Source of the DNA: Squalus acanthias | Lineage: Eukaryota | NCBI GenBank assembly: GCA_030390025.1 | Contig: CM059431.1 | Span: forward strand, 109,122,001-109,186,000 | Direction of reading: 5' to 3' | DNA: 64,000 bases | In this document: in pieces, positions 13,081 to 25,183 of the stretch | Numbering within the stretch: position 1 is the stretch's first letter | Layout of the letters: each line of letters begins with the position of its first letter | The notes under the pieces: model-generated | What the model was told of the DNA's origin: nothing | Databases searched by the model: none | What the model saw: the letters and a program-made list of their open reading frames with translations, nothing else | Position numbers and translations under genes: made by a program

Positions 13081-13551
13081 ATCCTAACTCATTCACCCAT
13101 CACCCCTGTGCTCGCTGACCTACATTGGCTCCCAGTCCAGCAACGCCTCGAATTGAAAATTCTCATCCTTGTTTTCAAATCCCTCCGTGGCCCTCGCCCC
13201 TCCCTATCTCTGTAACCTCCTCCAGCTCTAAAACCCTCCAAGATCTCTGCGTTCCTCCAATTCTGGCCTCTTGAGAATCCCCGATTTTAATCACCCCCAC
13301 CATTGGTGGCCGTGCCTTTAGCTGCCGAGGTCCTAATCTCTGCAATTCCCTCCTTAAACCTCTCCACCTCTCTCTCCTCCTTTAGGACGCTCCTTGAAAC
13401 CTACCTGTTTGACCAAGTTTTTGGTCATCTGTCCTAATATCTCCCTATGTGGCTCGGTGTCAAATTTTGCCTGATAACTGCTCTCGTGAAGCGCCTTGGG
13501 ACCTTTGTACTATGTTAAAGGCGCTATACAAATGCAAGTTGTTGTTGTTGT
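13081..13551 (+). mobile_element. L2-clade LINE 3' end
   Basis: Encodes PITPVLADLHWLPV, typical of the L2 ORF2 C-terminus; ends AAAGGCGCTATACAAATGCAA(GTT)n. Confidence 0.85.
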
Positions 13552-15174
13552 AATAATGTCCCTTCATAGTCAAGTAGTCAGTCGACACCCAACCTCAAGA
13601 TCACAAATGAAGAAGACCACTTGGGTGATGTATTGGAAGCCTGCCACCACCTGCTACGTTAACTCTAGGCATGAATCACTACCTTCAAGAAAAAAGGAGA
13701 GAAAAGGCAGGGAGAAGAGAATCGGAAGTTTGTCACAACTCATCCAAACCAATCAATGCATTTGTATGCACCTGAGACCCTTTCAGCAGTGAAGCCCTAC
13801 TTGTACGTTTGTCGTGAATTTGTATCCGAATTGAAGGAAGTGTCCAAGTATAACGCCGTGTGAAGTTTACTGCTCCATCTGTGTTTTTGCAATTGAAAGC
13901 TCCCACTGCCTGACTTTGTCATTTGCTTGGCCCAGGCTGTGAGTTTGGGGATTCACATCAGGCTGGTTATGGATGACAGATACAAATCTCCTGTTGTCAA
14001 GTAAGTTGGCGCATGCGTCAGGCAGCTAATGCAGTGCCTCTTTGCAGCCCTTGAGCTGAGTCCAGCTGTTATGATAAGCTGTGAGACAGCTTGGAAGATG
14101 TTAACGTTCCAAGTTCTCTTATGTTTCGAATTAGAAGTTAGAAGAATGGCCCATTAGCAAACCATGCTGACTATTGAGCGCTTTACAAAAACTCTCAGAT
14201 ATACACAAATATACAGCGGATTTTTTTATTACGTAACCTACAGTTGATGGTAATCTGATGATTGCTAGAGCTCATTTGAGCACTGACATCACTAGTGGTA
14301 AGATGAACCAATGGAATCAAGTAGAGCTCTATTATCTGACTTGGGGCTAATCATCAGAATGTAATGAGTCAGGGACATTTGGTTCATGAAGCTTGATCCT
14401 TCTAAAGAACATGTGCTATCCAACCTGATCATAGACACGGCACCACCCAGTTCATCTTCTGAGGAAAGGTTCTGCAAAGTTGCTTCCTGCTCCTCAAAGA
14501 TAAATCAAGCACAAGTCCAGAATGCCAATCTAAATTTGCATCTTACCGCATTATACTTTCTAGGGCAGTTGGCTTAACACTTCCATGTTCCGAGCAGCTT
14601 AGGACTGATCATGTTGCACACAACATTTAATTATCTCTGTCCACATATATTATAATAGGACTCTTCAATCCCATTGCTAATCAGGTATTTATATGCCCTT
14701 TTTTTCCCCTTCAAATTTCTCCCAGTCTCATCATGGTATTCACTGCTTGCTCGATAAAGGTTCATGGGTCCCAATCACTCTCTAATATCGCACCCCAAGT
14801 GGCCATTCTTCATATGGCATACCTTGACAGTGATTTCCAGCAGGTCAGTCAACACTGTGAGGGGTGGGGGGTCGGGGGGGTGGGGGGGGGTGGTGGGGGA
14901 TGGGGGGAGGAGTGTAGGGATTATAAAACAAGACCAATCTTGTCCGCACTTGAGGGTCACACTTCCAGCAGGATCATCAACACAGTGGTGATCGGGAGAA
15001 GGAAATCTGGCCTCTTTACATTTCCTAAGCTAGGGGCCTAATCGCAGCTCACTCACCATTACCCTGGCTCAGCAGCTGAGATAGTTTGGGACCCTCTTGG
15101 AGTCTATGGCTCGACTACTCACTGGGTAAACTTGCAAACTACACAGGATTAACTGCTTCAGCTGAGGGTCTAAG

Positions 15175-15369
15175 TGTTGCCAACTCTGGTTTGACATATT
15201 CCTGGAGGTTTTATCACATGACCTCCCACTGCCTCGCCCAGTCAAATAGCCATTTTCCCCCACATCGCCAATATTTTTATAACTAATAAACAAATGTAAA
15301 AAAAGACACATTTATTTTAGTGCCCCCATGATTTTTATCCAGGACAACGCTGGAGGGTTGTCAACCCTG
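15175..15369 (-). mobile_element. MITE, AGGGTTGCCAAC family (internally deleted)
   Basis: GTTGCCAACTCTGGTTTGAC...GGAGGGTTGTCAACCCT. Confidence 0.72.
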
Positions 15370-15943
15370 GATAGTCTTTTCCACATATCTACAATAAAAG
15401 GCCTTTGTGATACGCCACTACAACAACGCTCGTCTGATCACTTTAATCGCCACCATCTACGTAAATAAATGATGCAGGGTGCAACTGAACACGAATGTCT
15501 CGAAACATTTTATTAGCTGTACCCTCAGGCCATCACGGATTGCAACACCCTTTCAAAAATATTCAAGTTTCAGGTTTGGCTTTCAACACAAAAGTAGGTC
15601 TCTAACGTTCAAGTTCTAACATATACAATTTAATTTTAAAAAGCCGATGGCGGAGTTAAAGCTGCAGGGCTTCGCACTTTCCCTCCCCCTCCCCACCACC
15701 ACCCCCCCACCCCCCACCGTCCCCCCCACCCCCGCCACCACCATCTCCAAAGCAGAAATTGTGTTGCTGATGATCATGGTTGAAGAGCAGAGCCCAATGC
15801 GTAAAGTGGACAGTCCCTCTGTTAAAAAAGTAGAGGTCACTACATGGTCAGCAAAGCAAAGACTCTCTCAGCGGGTGAGGCCAACTGAGTGAAGAAAGCA
15901 CAAAAAAGGTTATACAGTCAGCATAACTGGTGGAGGTCTTCTT

Positions 15944-16323
15944 AGGGTTGTCTACCCTCCAGGAGTGCCCTGGAGTCTTCAGGAATTAAAGGTTAATCTC
16001 CAGGACACTGCTGCGAGCAACCCAAAAGGAAAATAATAGGGGCATTAAAAAAAGTTGTGTTTCTTTTAATACTCTTTGAACACTTTTGTTTATTGGTTAT
16101 TAAAATATCGGATGTGGGAGAAAAGTCTGTTTTACAAGTCAAGAATCATCCAATCAGGCAATGAAGTGTCCATTTGCTTTCCAATTGGCCGTGGGAAGGC
16201 TGTGAATCATAAGTATGGACGTGTTGGGCAACCAATGGCGGGAGTGTGGGGGCGGGGCGGTTGGAGGCGGGAGGTCATGTGATGACACCTCCAGGAATAC
16301 GTCCAACCAGAGTTGGCACCCCT
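15944..16323 (+). mobile_element. MITE family with AGGGTTGCCAAC-type TIRs
   Basis: Same internal sequence as about 4480-4831, 15175-15369, 27198-27582 and 45393-45765. Confidence 0.8.
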
Positions 16324-16999
16324 GGCTCTTTATCATACACCTGGCCATGATATGTCCGACTCAGAACTCTTGTACATTGTGAACTGGGGGGAAAAAAAAG
16401 AATTCTAACAGGGTTGCAATTTATCTCATAGAAAATTAATTAAAACTGCGCTGTGATATAATTTTACCATTATGATATAATACCCATGGAAAAATGTTTT
16501 CATTGATGATTCACTGCAGTTGTTGTCAGTAGGACTTCAGTAGCACATCATAGATGCATTTAAGGGGAAGCTCGAGGGAAGTACAGGAGGGAAAAATGAA
16601 TAGAAGGGTATGCTGATAGGGTAAGATGATGTAGGGTGGGAGGAGGCTCGTGTGGAGCATGAACACTGCCATAGACCAGCTGGGCCGAATGGCATGTTTC
16701 TATGCTGTAAATACTATGTAATGTCAGGTGTGTGAATTATCCATACAGTGGCGACTTGAACTGAAGAAAGCACCTGGCAAAACAGTTCGATTTTAAATGT
16801 CTATCCTTTCTTTTTGTGTGTGGAATATTTAAAGCTGGTGATGAATTGGAGGGGTGATTCCACGATCGATTGCTCCCAGCGAGGAACCGCACATGGCAGG
16901 GAGCACAGGTGGGGGTGATAGGTGGGCCCGCAGCCCCCAATTGCCCTGAGATTAATGAATGGCTGTCCCAATCTCCGGTCCCTCTACGCTGGGAGCACC

Positions 17000-17622
17000 C
17001 GGGGGTTGGAGTATAAAAGCAGGGAAGTCCTGCTGCAACTGTACAGGGTATTGGTGAGACCACACCTTGAGTACTGTGTACAGTTTTGGTCTCCTTATTT
17101 AAGGAAGGATATACTTGCATTGGAGGCAGTTCAGAGACGATTCACTAGGTTAATTCCAGAGATGAGGGGGTTGACTTATGAGGAAAGTTTGAGCAGGCTG
17201 GGCCTATACTCATTGGAATTTAGAAGAATGAGAGATGATCTTATTGAAACATATAAGATACTGAGGGGGTTCAACAAGGTAGATGCAGAGAGGATGTTTC
17301 CCCTCGTGGGGAAATCTAGAACTCGGGGGCATAGTTTCAGAATAAAGGGTCGCCCTTTTAGAACTGATACGAGGAGGAATTTCTTCTCTCAGAGGGTCGT
17401 AAATCTGTGGAATTCTCTGCCGCAGAGAGCCATGGAGGCTGGGTCATTAAATACATTTAAGTTGGAGATAGAGAGATTTTTGCAAGATAAGGGAGTGAAG
17501 GGTTATGGGGAGCGGGCGGGGAAGTGGCTTTGAGCCCAAGATCAGCCATGATCTTATTGAATGGCGGAGCAGGCTCAAGGGGCCAAGTGGCCTATTCCTG
17601 CTCCTATTTCTTATGTTCTTAT
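17000..17622 (+). mobile_element. CR1 3' fragment with open C-terminal ORF2 segment
   Basis: RGLEYKSREVLLQLYRVLVRPHLEYCVQFW...WNSLP followed by the CR1 3' UTR. Confidence 0.92.
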
Positions 17623-18540
17623 AACGTAGACTCAGCACGTCAAAAATGTCATTCAAGAAACATATTGCACAAACATTAAAGAAAATCAGCTTAGCTATAC
17701 TTTTTCCTGCAGCGTCTCGGTGCCGATTCTCAACTAACCTTTGTGATAATCACGTGACGGTGTTGTAAATTGGGCAATCTTGAAATCAGATGAGCAGCCA
17801 ACAAATCACTTCTTTATTTTCTGAACCTACTTGGGTTGGGGTGGGGGGGGTTAAAGAAAAGTAATTCAGGGCTGCTGTGCCCTTTAATGAACGAGCCTCT
17901 ACTCTCGTGCAAATCAGGATGCGCAGTTAAAGAAGGAGAAATGTGGCCAAGAACTGGAAAGCAGAGATAGATGTCTCCTCTTATTAACTGACATCTCACA
18001 GAAGTCGAGCAAGATCTTCTAAGAAACTATTTATTGGATAACGTCTGGCATTCTGACTCCTGTTTATTCAGAGAGGCGAGCAGTTTTATAAATATCTCAT
18101 CACTCAGCCATCGCACACATTTCGGCGACATGACTCCGGAGGTGCGATTAGCAATACGAATGTAGCTTGGTGGGGGGAGGGGGAGCAACAAACATGTGGC
18201 ATTAATACGCAGCCCTAGTTTCTAAACATCTGATAGGCAGATGGTGTGAAGCTGATTTTCCAGCTGAGGAGAAGGGGCACATCATTTAAAAGCTTGTTTG
18301 CATTCTAACAGATAAACGCAGAAAACAGCAGCACGCAATAGGTCATTTACACACCGTGTCGGCAACTGGTGACGCACTCTGGAAGTGACACGTAGCATGG
18401 CATTGATCTCGTTTCTCCCCATGAATATCAATTTCTGCACTTCGATCAAGGAATTACATTAGTCGCATTTCAGCAGAATAAAGAGTGGGAGGCATTTACA
18501 GTCAAAGAATTTGTTGATATCTCAGCAACATTATGGGAAA

Positions 18541-18999
18541 AAAAAGAAAGACTTGCTTTTCTACAGCGCCTTTTACAACCTACAGACGTCACAAAGCGCT
18601 TTACAGCCAATGAATCACTCTTGAAGTGTAGTCACTGTTGTAATGTAGGAAACCCAGCAGCCAATTTGCGCACAGCAAGCTCCCACGAACAGCAATGTGA
18701 TAATGGCCAGGTAATCTGTTTTACTGGTGATGTTGATTGAGGGATAAATATTGTGCCAGGACACCGGGGATAACTCCCCTTGCTCCTTTTGGATCTTTTA
18801 CGTCCACCCGAGAGAGCAGACGGGGCCTAGGTTTAACGTCTCATCCAAAACTCGGCACCTCTGACAGTGCAGCACTCCCTCAGTACTAGAATGGAGTGTC
18901 AGCCGAGATTTTTGTGCTCAAGTCTCTGGAGTGGGACTATCAACCAACAACTTTCTGACTCAGAGGCCAGAGTGCTACCAACTGAACCACGGCTGACAC
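18541..18999 (-). mobile_element. Deu-domain-type SINE copy
   Basis: Same family, reverse orientation. Confidence 0.85.
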
Positions 19000-19126
19000 A
19001 ATTATGGCATCTCTTATTCTTTTCCAGATCTGTAGGGGCCGTTCATAAGTAAGAGCTTTGGTGAACTGGTGGCACAATACACCAATCGGCCGTATGATGG
19101 ATTGAAACTATAAGAATTCACGTCTG

Positions 19127-19317
19127 GAACATAGGAACAGGAGGATGCCATTCAGCCCTTCGAGCCTGTTCCGCCATTCAGTTAGATCACGGCTGATCTG
19201 TGTCTTAACTCCATCTACCCACCTTGGTTCCGTAACCCTTAATACACTTGCCTAACAAAAATTTATCAATCTCATTTTTGAAACTTTCCATTGACCCTCA
19301 GCTTCAACAGCTTTTGC
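19127..19317 (-). mobile_element. Short CR1 3' end
   Basis: Reverse complement of the ends at 5710-5905 and 28755-28945. Confidence 0.8.
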
Positions 19318-19431
19318 GCCCTCTTTCAAATAACCATCCAAATCATCAGTTGATAGCAGTGATGTCAGCACCAAACACCAACTTCATCTGCGCTCGCAAT
19401 GCAATGAGCACCTGAACCATCCCCATTTTAC

Positions 19432-21089
19432 ATAATAACATAAGAAATAGAAGCAGAGTAGGCCATTTGGCCCCTCGAGCCAATCAATAAGATCATGGCT
19501 GATCTTCTACCTCATCTCCACTTTCCTCCACTATCCCAAATTCCTTGATTCCCTTAATATTCAAAAATCTATCCATCTCTGTCTTGAATATACTCAACGA
19601 CTGAGCCTCCACAGCCCTCTGGGGTAGAGAATTCGAAAGATTCACCACCCTCTGAGTGAAGAAATTTCTCCTCATCTCAGTCTTAAATGGCCAAACCCTT
19701 ATTCTGAGACTGTGCCCCTGGTTCTAGACTCCCCAGCCAGGAGAAACATCCTCCCTGCATCTACTCTGTCAAGCTCTGTAAGAATTTTGTATGTTTCAAT
19801 GAGATCACCTCTCATTCTTCTAAACGCTCAAGAATATAGGCCTAGTCTACTCAATCTCTCCTCATAGGACAATCCCCCCATCCCAGGAACCAGTCTGGTG
19901 AACCTTTGTTGCACTCCCTCTACGGCAAGTATATCCTTCCTTAGGTAAGGAGACCAAAACTGTACACAATACTCCAGGTGTGGTCTCACCAGGGCCCTAT
20001 ATAATTGCAGTGAGACGTCTTTACTCTTATACTCAAATCCTCTTGTAATAAAGGCCAACATTGCATTTACTTTCCTAATTGCTTGCTGTACCTGCATGTT
20101 AACTTTCAGTGATTCTTGTACAAGGACACCCAGGTCCCTCTGAACACCAACATTTCCCAATCTCTCATCATTTCTCCACATTATATTCCATTTGCCATGT
20201 TCTTGCCCACTCACATAGCCTGTCTATATCCCCTTGAAGCCTCCTTGCATCCTCCTCACAACTTACATTCCCACCCAGCTTTGTATCATCAGCAAACTTG
20301 GATATATTACATTTGGTCCCCTCATCCAAATCATTGATGTAGATTGTGAATAGCTGAGGTCCAAGCACTGATCCTTGCGGTACCCCACTAGTTACAGCCT
20401 GCCAACCTGAAAATGACCCGTTTATTCTTACTCTCTGTTTTCGGTCCATTAACCAATCCTCAATCCATGCTAGTATATTACTCCCAATCCCATGAGCCCT
20501 AATTTTGTTTAATAACCTCTTGTGTGGCACCTTATCGAATGCCTTCTGAAAATCCAAATACACCACATCCACTGGTCCCTCCTTGTCTATTCTACTAGTT
20601 ACAACCTCACAAAACTCTAACAGATTTGTCAAACACGATTTCCCTTTCATAAATCCATGTTGACTCTGCCCAATCCTATTATTATTTTCTATGTGCCCTA
20701 TTACCACGTCCTTAATAATAGATTCTAGCATTTTCCCTACTACTGATGTCAGGCTAACTGGTCTGTAGTTCCCCATTTTCTCTCTCCTTCCTTTCTAAAA
20801 TAGTGGGGTTACATTTGCTGTCTTCCAATCTGCGGGAACTGCTTTAGAATCTACGGAATTTTGGAAAATGACAACCAATGCATCCACTATCTCTATAGCC
20901 ACCTCTTTCAAAACCCTAGGATGTAGGCCATCAGGTCCAGGGAATTTATCGCCTTTCAGTCTCATTAATTTACCTGTACTATTTTTTTACTAATACTAAT
21001 TTCTTTCAGTTCCTCATTCTCGCTAGAGCCTTGGTTCTCCACTATTTCCGGGAAGGTTTTTGCATCTTCTTCTGTGAAGACAGTCACAA
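19432..21089 (-). mobile_element. Older decayed CR1 LINE, 3' part (RT, C-terminus, 3' UTR)
   Basis: ORFs 20168-20776 and 19828-20214 carry RT motifs (FADDTKL, GVPQGS) with a frameshift and deletion; it is interrupted near 21090. Confidence 0.92.
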
Positions 21090-21782
21090 TAGCCGGAATT
21101 TTGCCAGCGCTCAGGGGGCCGGTTTGGAGGTGGGACATCTGGCAAAATCGCAAAGATTGACAGTGGGCAGGGAACCTGCTGTCAACCCGCCTCCAATCAA
21201 TCTTCCCAAGTGTCGGGTCCCCGATCTGCGCATGGACCCGACATCTAGTGGCGGGAAGAGGATTATAGCCACTTAACTGCCTGTTAAAGATTGTTAACAG
21301 GCAGTTAACAGGCTCTTTTGCAATTTTGACACTTCTACTTCGGGCTTCCCGACGTCCGGACACCACGCCAGGTAAGTGTGGCGTGTTGTGAGTCTGCTGT
21401 AATGTTTCTGCATTGATGACAGCTGCAGAAGTGGTGTGAAGGATCCAATGGTGCACTGGTGAGTTTCAGAGGTAAGAAAATGTTGGGAAATTCATTTTTA
21501 ATGCATTTACACTTTTCTGTAGGTAACATTGGGAGAACCTCTCTCACCAGTGACAGATCGCTTCTGTAACCTCACCTGCAGCTGCCATCTGTTCTAGCCT
21601 AAGGAGGGAGTCACTAGAGAGCCTGGGTGCAAGAACTCACCTGTGAACAGTCATTGTCAGTGTTTGCAGCACCTCAATGCTGTCAAACACTGAGAAATGA
21701 GCTGTCAAAGAAAAATAGTGCGTGGTCCAGTTAAGAAAACCGGCAGATGATGCCTCATCAAATGACGTCATCTGACCGGCTT

Positions 21783-24700
21783 ACATAGATACATAGATAC
21801 ATAGAAGATAGGAGCAGGAGTAGGCCATCCGGCCCTTCGAGCCTGCTCCGCCATTTAATGAGATCATGGCTGATCCTTCAATTCAGTATCCCGTCCCCGC
21901 CTTCTCTCCGTAACCCTTAACCCCTTTTGCCTGTAGAAATATATCTAATTCCCTCTTAAATATATTTAATGAGCTGGCGTACACTGCCCTCTGTGGCAAT
22001 GAGTTCCACAGGTTCACCACTCTCTGAGTGAAGAAATTCCCCCTCATTTCTGTCCTAAATGGTTTAGCCCTTATCCTTAAATTATGTCCTCTAGTTCTGT
22101 TCTCACCCGCCAAGGGAAACATTCCTTCTGCATCTAATCTGTCTAGACCTGTCAGAATTTTATACACTTCTATGAGGTCCCCTCTCAATCTTCTAAACTC
22201 CAGTGTGTACATCCCTAAACTACATAGTCTCTCCTCATAGGTCAATCCCGCCATTCCTGGTATCAGCCTGGTGAATCGCCGCTGCACCCCCTCCATGGCA
22301 AGAACATCTTTCCTCAGATGAGGCGACCAAAACTGTACACAGTACTCGAGGTGTGGTCTCACCAGTGCCCTGTACAGCTGCAGCAAGGTATCCCTGTTCC
22401 TGTATTCCAACCCTTTTGCTATGAAGGCCAGCATACCGTTTGCCTTCTTGACCGCCTGTTGCACCTGCATGCTCGCCTTCAGTGACTGGTGTACAAGAAC
22501 ACCCAGGTCTCTCTGTACTTCCCCCTCTCCCAATTTATTGCCATTTAAATAATAATTTGCCCTCCCGTTCCTGCACCCAAGGTGGATAACTTCGCACTTG
22601 TCCACATTATAGTGCATCTGCCATTTATCCGCCCAATCACCCAGTCTGTCCAAATCGCTCTGGAGCTTCCTGGTCTCCTCCTCTGAGCCCACCCCCCCTC
22701 CTAGTTTAGTGTCGTCTGCAAATTTGGAAATGCTGCATTCGACTCCCTGATCCAGGTCATTAATATAAATTGTGAACAGCTGGGGACCCAGGACAGATCC
22801 CTGTGGTACCCCACTTGTTACTGCCTGCCATTCAGAAAATGAGCCGTTTATTCCAACTCTCTGTTTTCTATCTGACAGCCAGTTCTCTATCCACGTCAAT
22901 ACTTTCCCCTTTATCCCATGAGCTTCAATTTTCCATGCTAATCTTTTATGTGGGACCTTATCGAAGGCCTTTTGGAAGTCCAGGTACACCACATCTACTG
23001 GCTCTCCCCCATCTATTTTACCAGTTACTCCCTCAAAAAATTCCAATAGATTAGTCAAGCACGATTTACCCTTTGTAAATCCATGTTGACTCTGTCCTAT
23101 CCTGTCCCCATTTGCTAAGTGCTCGGCTATTTCATCCTTAATGATGGACTCCAGCATTTTGCCCACAACTGATGTAAGGCTTACAGGTCTGTAATTACCT
23201 GCTTTTTCCCTACCCCCCTTTTTGAATAGTGGGGTAACGTTAGCTACCCTCCAATCCATGGGCACTGTTCCCGAGTCTAATGAATTCTGAAAAATCATGC
23301 TTAGTGCATCCGCTATCTCTAGGGCCACCTCCTTCAGTACCCTAGGATGCATGTTATCAGGCCCTGGGGATTTGTCCGCCTTCAATCCCTTTAGCTTCCT
23401 TAACACCATATCCTTAGAGATATTGATTTGCGTCAGTTCCTCCTTTGCCAATGTCCCTATTTTTCCCGATATCCCAGGGAGGTTTTTTGTGTCTTCCTTC
23501 GTAAAGACTGACCCAAAGTATGCATTTAGTTGGTCTGCCATTTCCTTATTTCCCATTATATATTCCCCCGTATCTGACTGCAATGGACCAACTTTGGTTT
23601 TCACCAGTCTTTTCCTCTTGATATACTTATAAAAGCTTTTGGAGTTAGTTTTTATATTTTCCGCCAGCTTGCTTTCGTAAGCTATTTTGCCCTTCTTGAT
23701 TAAGCCCTTTGCCCTCCTTTGCTCTATCTTAAACTGTTCCCAATCTTCCGCTCTGGCGCGTTTTTTGGCTATTTTATACGCCCTATCTTTGGATTTTATG
23801 CTGTCTCTAATTTCCCCTGTTATCCACGGTTGAGTCACCTTTTTAGATTTCCTTTTATGCCAGATTGGTATAAACAATTTTTGCAATTTTGTCATTCTAT
23901 CTTTAAATGCTTGCCATTGTTTATCTACCTCCAGTCCTCCCAGGAACGTTGTCCAATCAGACCTACTCAGTTCCCGTCTAATGGCATCATAATTCCCCTT
24001 GTTTAAATTCAGGACCTGAGTCTCTGAGTCAATTTCTTCGCTCTCCATTTCGAGTGAGAAATCGATCATGTTATGATCGCTCTGACCCAAGGGTCCCCGT
24101 ACAACAAGATTACTAATTAGTCCCTTCTCATTGCACAGTACCCAGTCCAATATAGCCTGTTCCCGAGTTGGTTCCTCGACATATTGATCCAGATAACCAT
24201 CCCTTAAACACTCAAGGAATTCCTCCTCCTCATTATTTTTACTGATTAGGCTAGTCCAATCTATATGTAAGTTAAAGTCACCTATGATGACAGCTGTGCT
24301 CTTATTGCACGCTTCTCTAATTTCCCTCGTGATGCCCTCCCCAACCTCTATTTTACTATTTGGAGGCCTATATACCACTCCTATTAATGTTTTTCGCCCC
24401 TCGCTATTTCTTAGCTCCACCCATATAGATTCTGTATTAACTGAGTTAATATCCTTCCTTTCAATTGCATTTATCCCCTCTTTTACCAGCAATGCTACCC
24501 CTCCTCCCTTTCTTTTTTGTCGGTCCTTCCTAAATACTGAATACCCCTGTATGTTAAGCTCCCAGCCCTGCTCACCCTGCAACCATGTTTCCGTAATCCC
24601 AATTAGATCATAATTATTAACCTCTATTTCCACAGCTAATTCATCTACCTTGTTCCTGATGCTTCTCGCATTAAGGTATAAAACCCTCAGGCTTTTTTTA

Positions 24701-24902
24701 TGCTCACATTTTTTATGAATTAGTTTGGCCCTTTGTTTTTTGTTCCTCTCCTTTTTACCATTTATTTCTGTCTGCCTTTCACTTTCCTCTATTTCACTAC
24801 ATGGGTTTCTAGCCCCCTGCCATACTAGTTTAAATGCTCCCGAACTGCTTTATCAAAATTTACCCCGAGAACTTCAGTTCCATCTTTGCACATCTTGCAC
24901 AT
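21783..24902 (-). mobile_element. Young 5'-truncated CR1 LINE: ORF1 C-terminal stub, complete ORF2, 3' UTR and (ATCTATGT)n tail
   Basis: Uninterrupted ORF2; ORF1 stub reads CKDGTEVLGVNFDKAVREHLN*; octamer tail at about 21783-21806; candidate 3-bp TSD CTT (21780-21782, 24903-24905). Confidence 0.95.
21883..24849 (-). CDS. CR1 ORF2: APE endonuclease plus reverse transcriptase (stop-to-stop frame 988 codons; the ORF track starts it at a GTG at 24633)
   Basis: APE motifs YLNARSI, GITETW, GDFN, SDHN; RT motifs NYRPVSLTS, QHGF, YLDFQKAFDKVPH, GVPQGSVLGP, FADDTKL; CR1 C-terminus RPHLEYCVQFW and WNSLP. Confidence 0.95.
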   Translation of the reverse strand, partial: SSSGAFKLVWQGARNPCSEIEESERQTEINGKKERNKKQRAKLIHKKCEHKKSLRVLYLNARSIRNKVDELAVEIEVNNYDLIGITETWLQGEQGWELNIQGYSVFRKDRQKRKGGGVALLVKEGINAIERKDINSVNTESIWVELRNSEGRKTLIGVVYRPPNSKIEVGEGITREIREACNKSTAVIIGDFNLHIDWTSLISKNNEEEEFLECLRDGYLDQYVEEPTREQAILDWVLCNEKGLISNLVVRGPLGQSDHNMIDFSLEMESEEIDSETQVLNLNKGNYDAIRRELSRSDWTTFLGGLEVDKQWQAFKDRMTKLQKLFIPIWHKRKSKKVTQPWITGEIRDSIKSKDRAYKIAKKRARAEDWEQFKIEQRRAKGLIKKGKIAYESKLAENIKTNSKSFYKYIKRKRLVKTKVGPLQSDTGEYIMGNKEMADQLNAYFGSVFTKEDTKNLPGISGKIGTLAKEELTQINISKDMVLRKLKGLKADKSPGPDNMHPRVLKEVALEIADALSMIFQNSLDSGTVPMDWRVANVTPLFKKGGREKAGNYRPVSLTSVVGKMLESIIKDEIAEHLANGDRIGQSQHGFTKGKSCLTNLLEFFEGVTGKIDGGEPVDVVYLDFQKAFDKVPHKRLAWKIEAHGIKGKVLTWIENWLSDRKQRVGINGSFSEWQAVTSGVPQGSVLGPQLFTIYINDLDQGVECSISKFADDTKLGGGVGSEEETRKLQSDLDRLGDWADKWQMHYNVDKCEVIHLGCRNGRANYYLNGNKLGEGEVQRDLGVLVHQSLKASMQVQQAVKKANGMLAFIAKGLEYRNRDTLLQLYRALVRPHLEYCVQFWSPHLRKDVLAMEGVQRRFTRLIPGMAGLTYEERLCSLGMYTLEFRRLRGDLIEVYKILTGLDRLDAEGMFPLAGENRTRGHNLRIRAKPFRTEMRGNFFTQRVVNLWNSLPQRAVYASSLNIFKRELDIFLQAKGVKGYGEKAGTGY

Positions 24903-24991
24903 CTTCTTAATCGGCCGGCAAGCCCGCAGTGCGGGAACCCGGAAACCAGCTGGCCCGCTCCCAAGCCGCATCGATCGATAAAATTGCGGCC

Positions 24992-25183
24992 TATGTATTT
25001 GTTTAATTTCTTTGCCATTTCCTTATTCCTCATTATAATTTCTTCTGTCTCAGCCTATAAGGGACCCACATTTACTTTCGCTAATCTTTTTCTTTTTACA
25101 TACCTATAGAAGCTTTTACAGTCTGTTTTTTTGTCTCTCGCTAGTTTACTCTCATATTCTATTTTCCCTTTCTTTATCAATTT
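24992..25183 (-). mobile_element. 5' continuation of the older CR1 split by the nested insertions
   Basis: Resumes CR1 ORF2 where 21089 breaks off; collinear with 23520-23705 of the young copy. Confidence 0.85.

Larger units (their letters stand above)
21090..24990. mobile_element. GC-rich non-autonomous TIR element (about 0.8 kb net) that interrupts the old CR1 and hosts the young CR1
   Basis: Imperfect TIRs AGCCGGAATTTT and AAAATTGCGGCC; an internal hairpin is split by the young CR1. Confidence 0.7.

Noticed and set aside
16922..17533. 203-aa ORF as an independent gene
   Set aside because: It is the C-terminus of a truncated CR1 ORF2.
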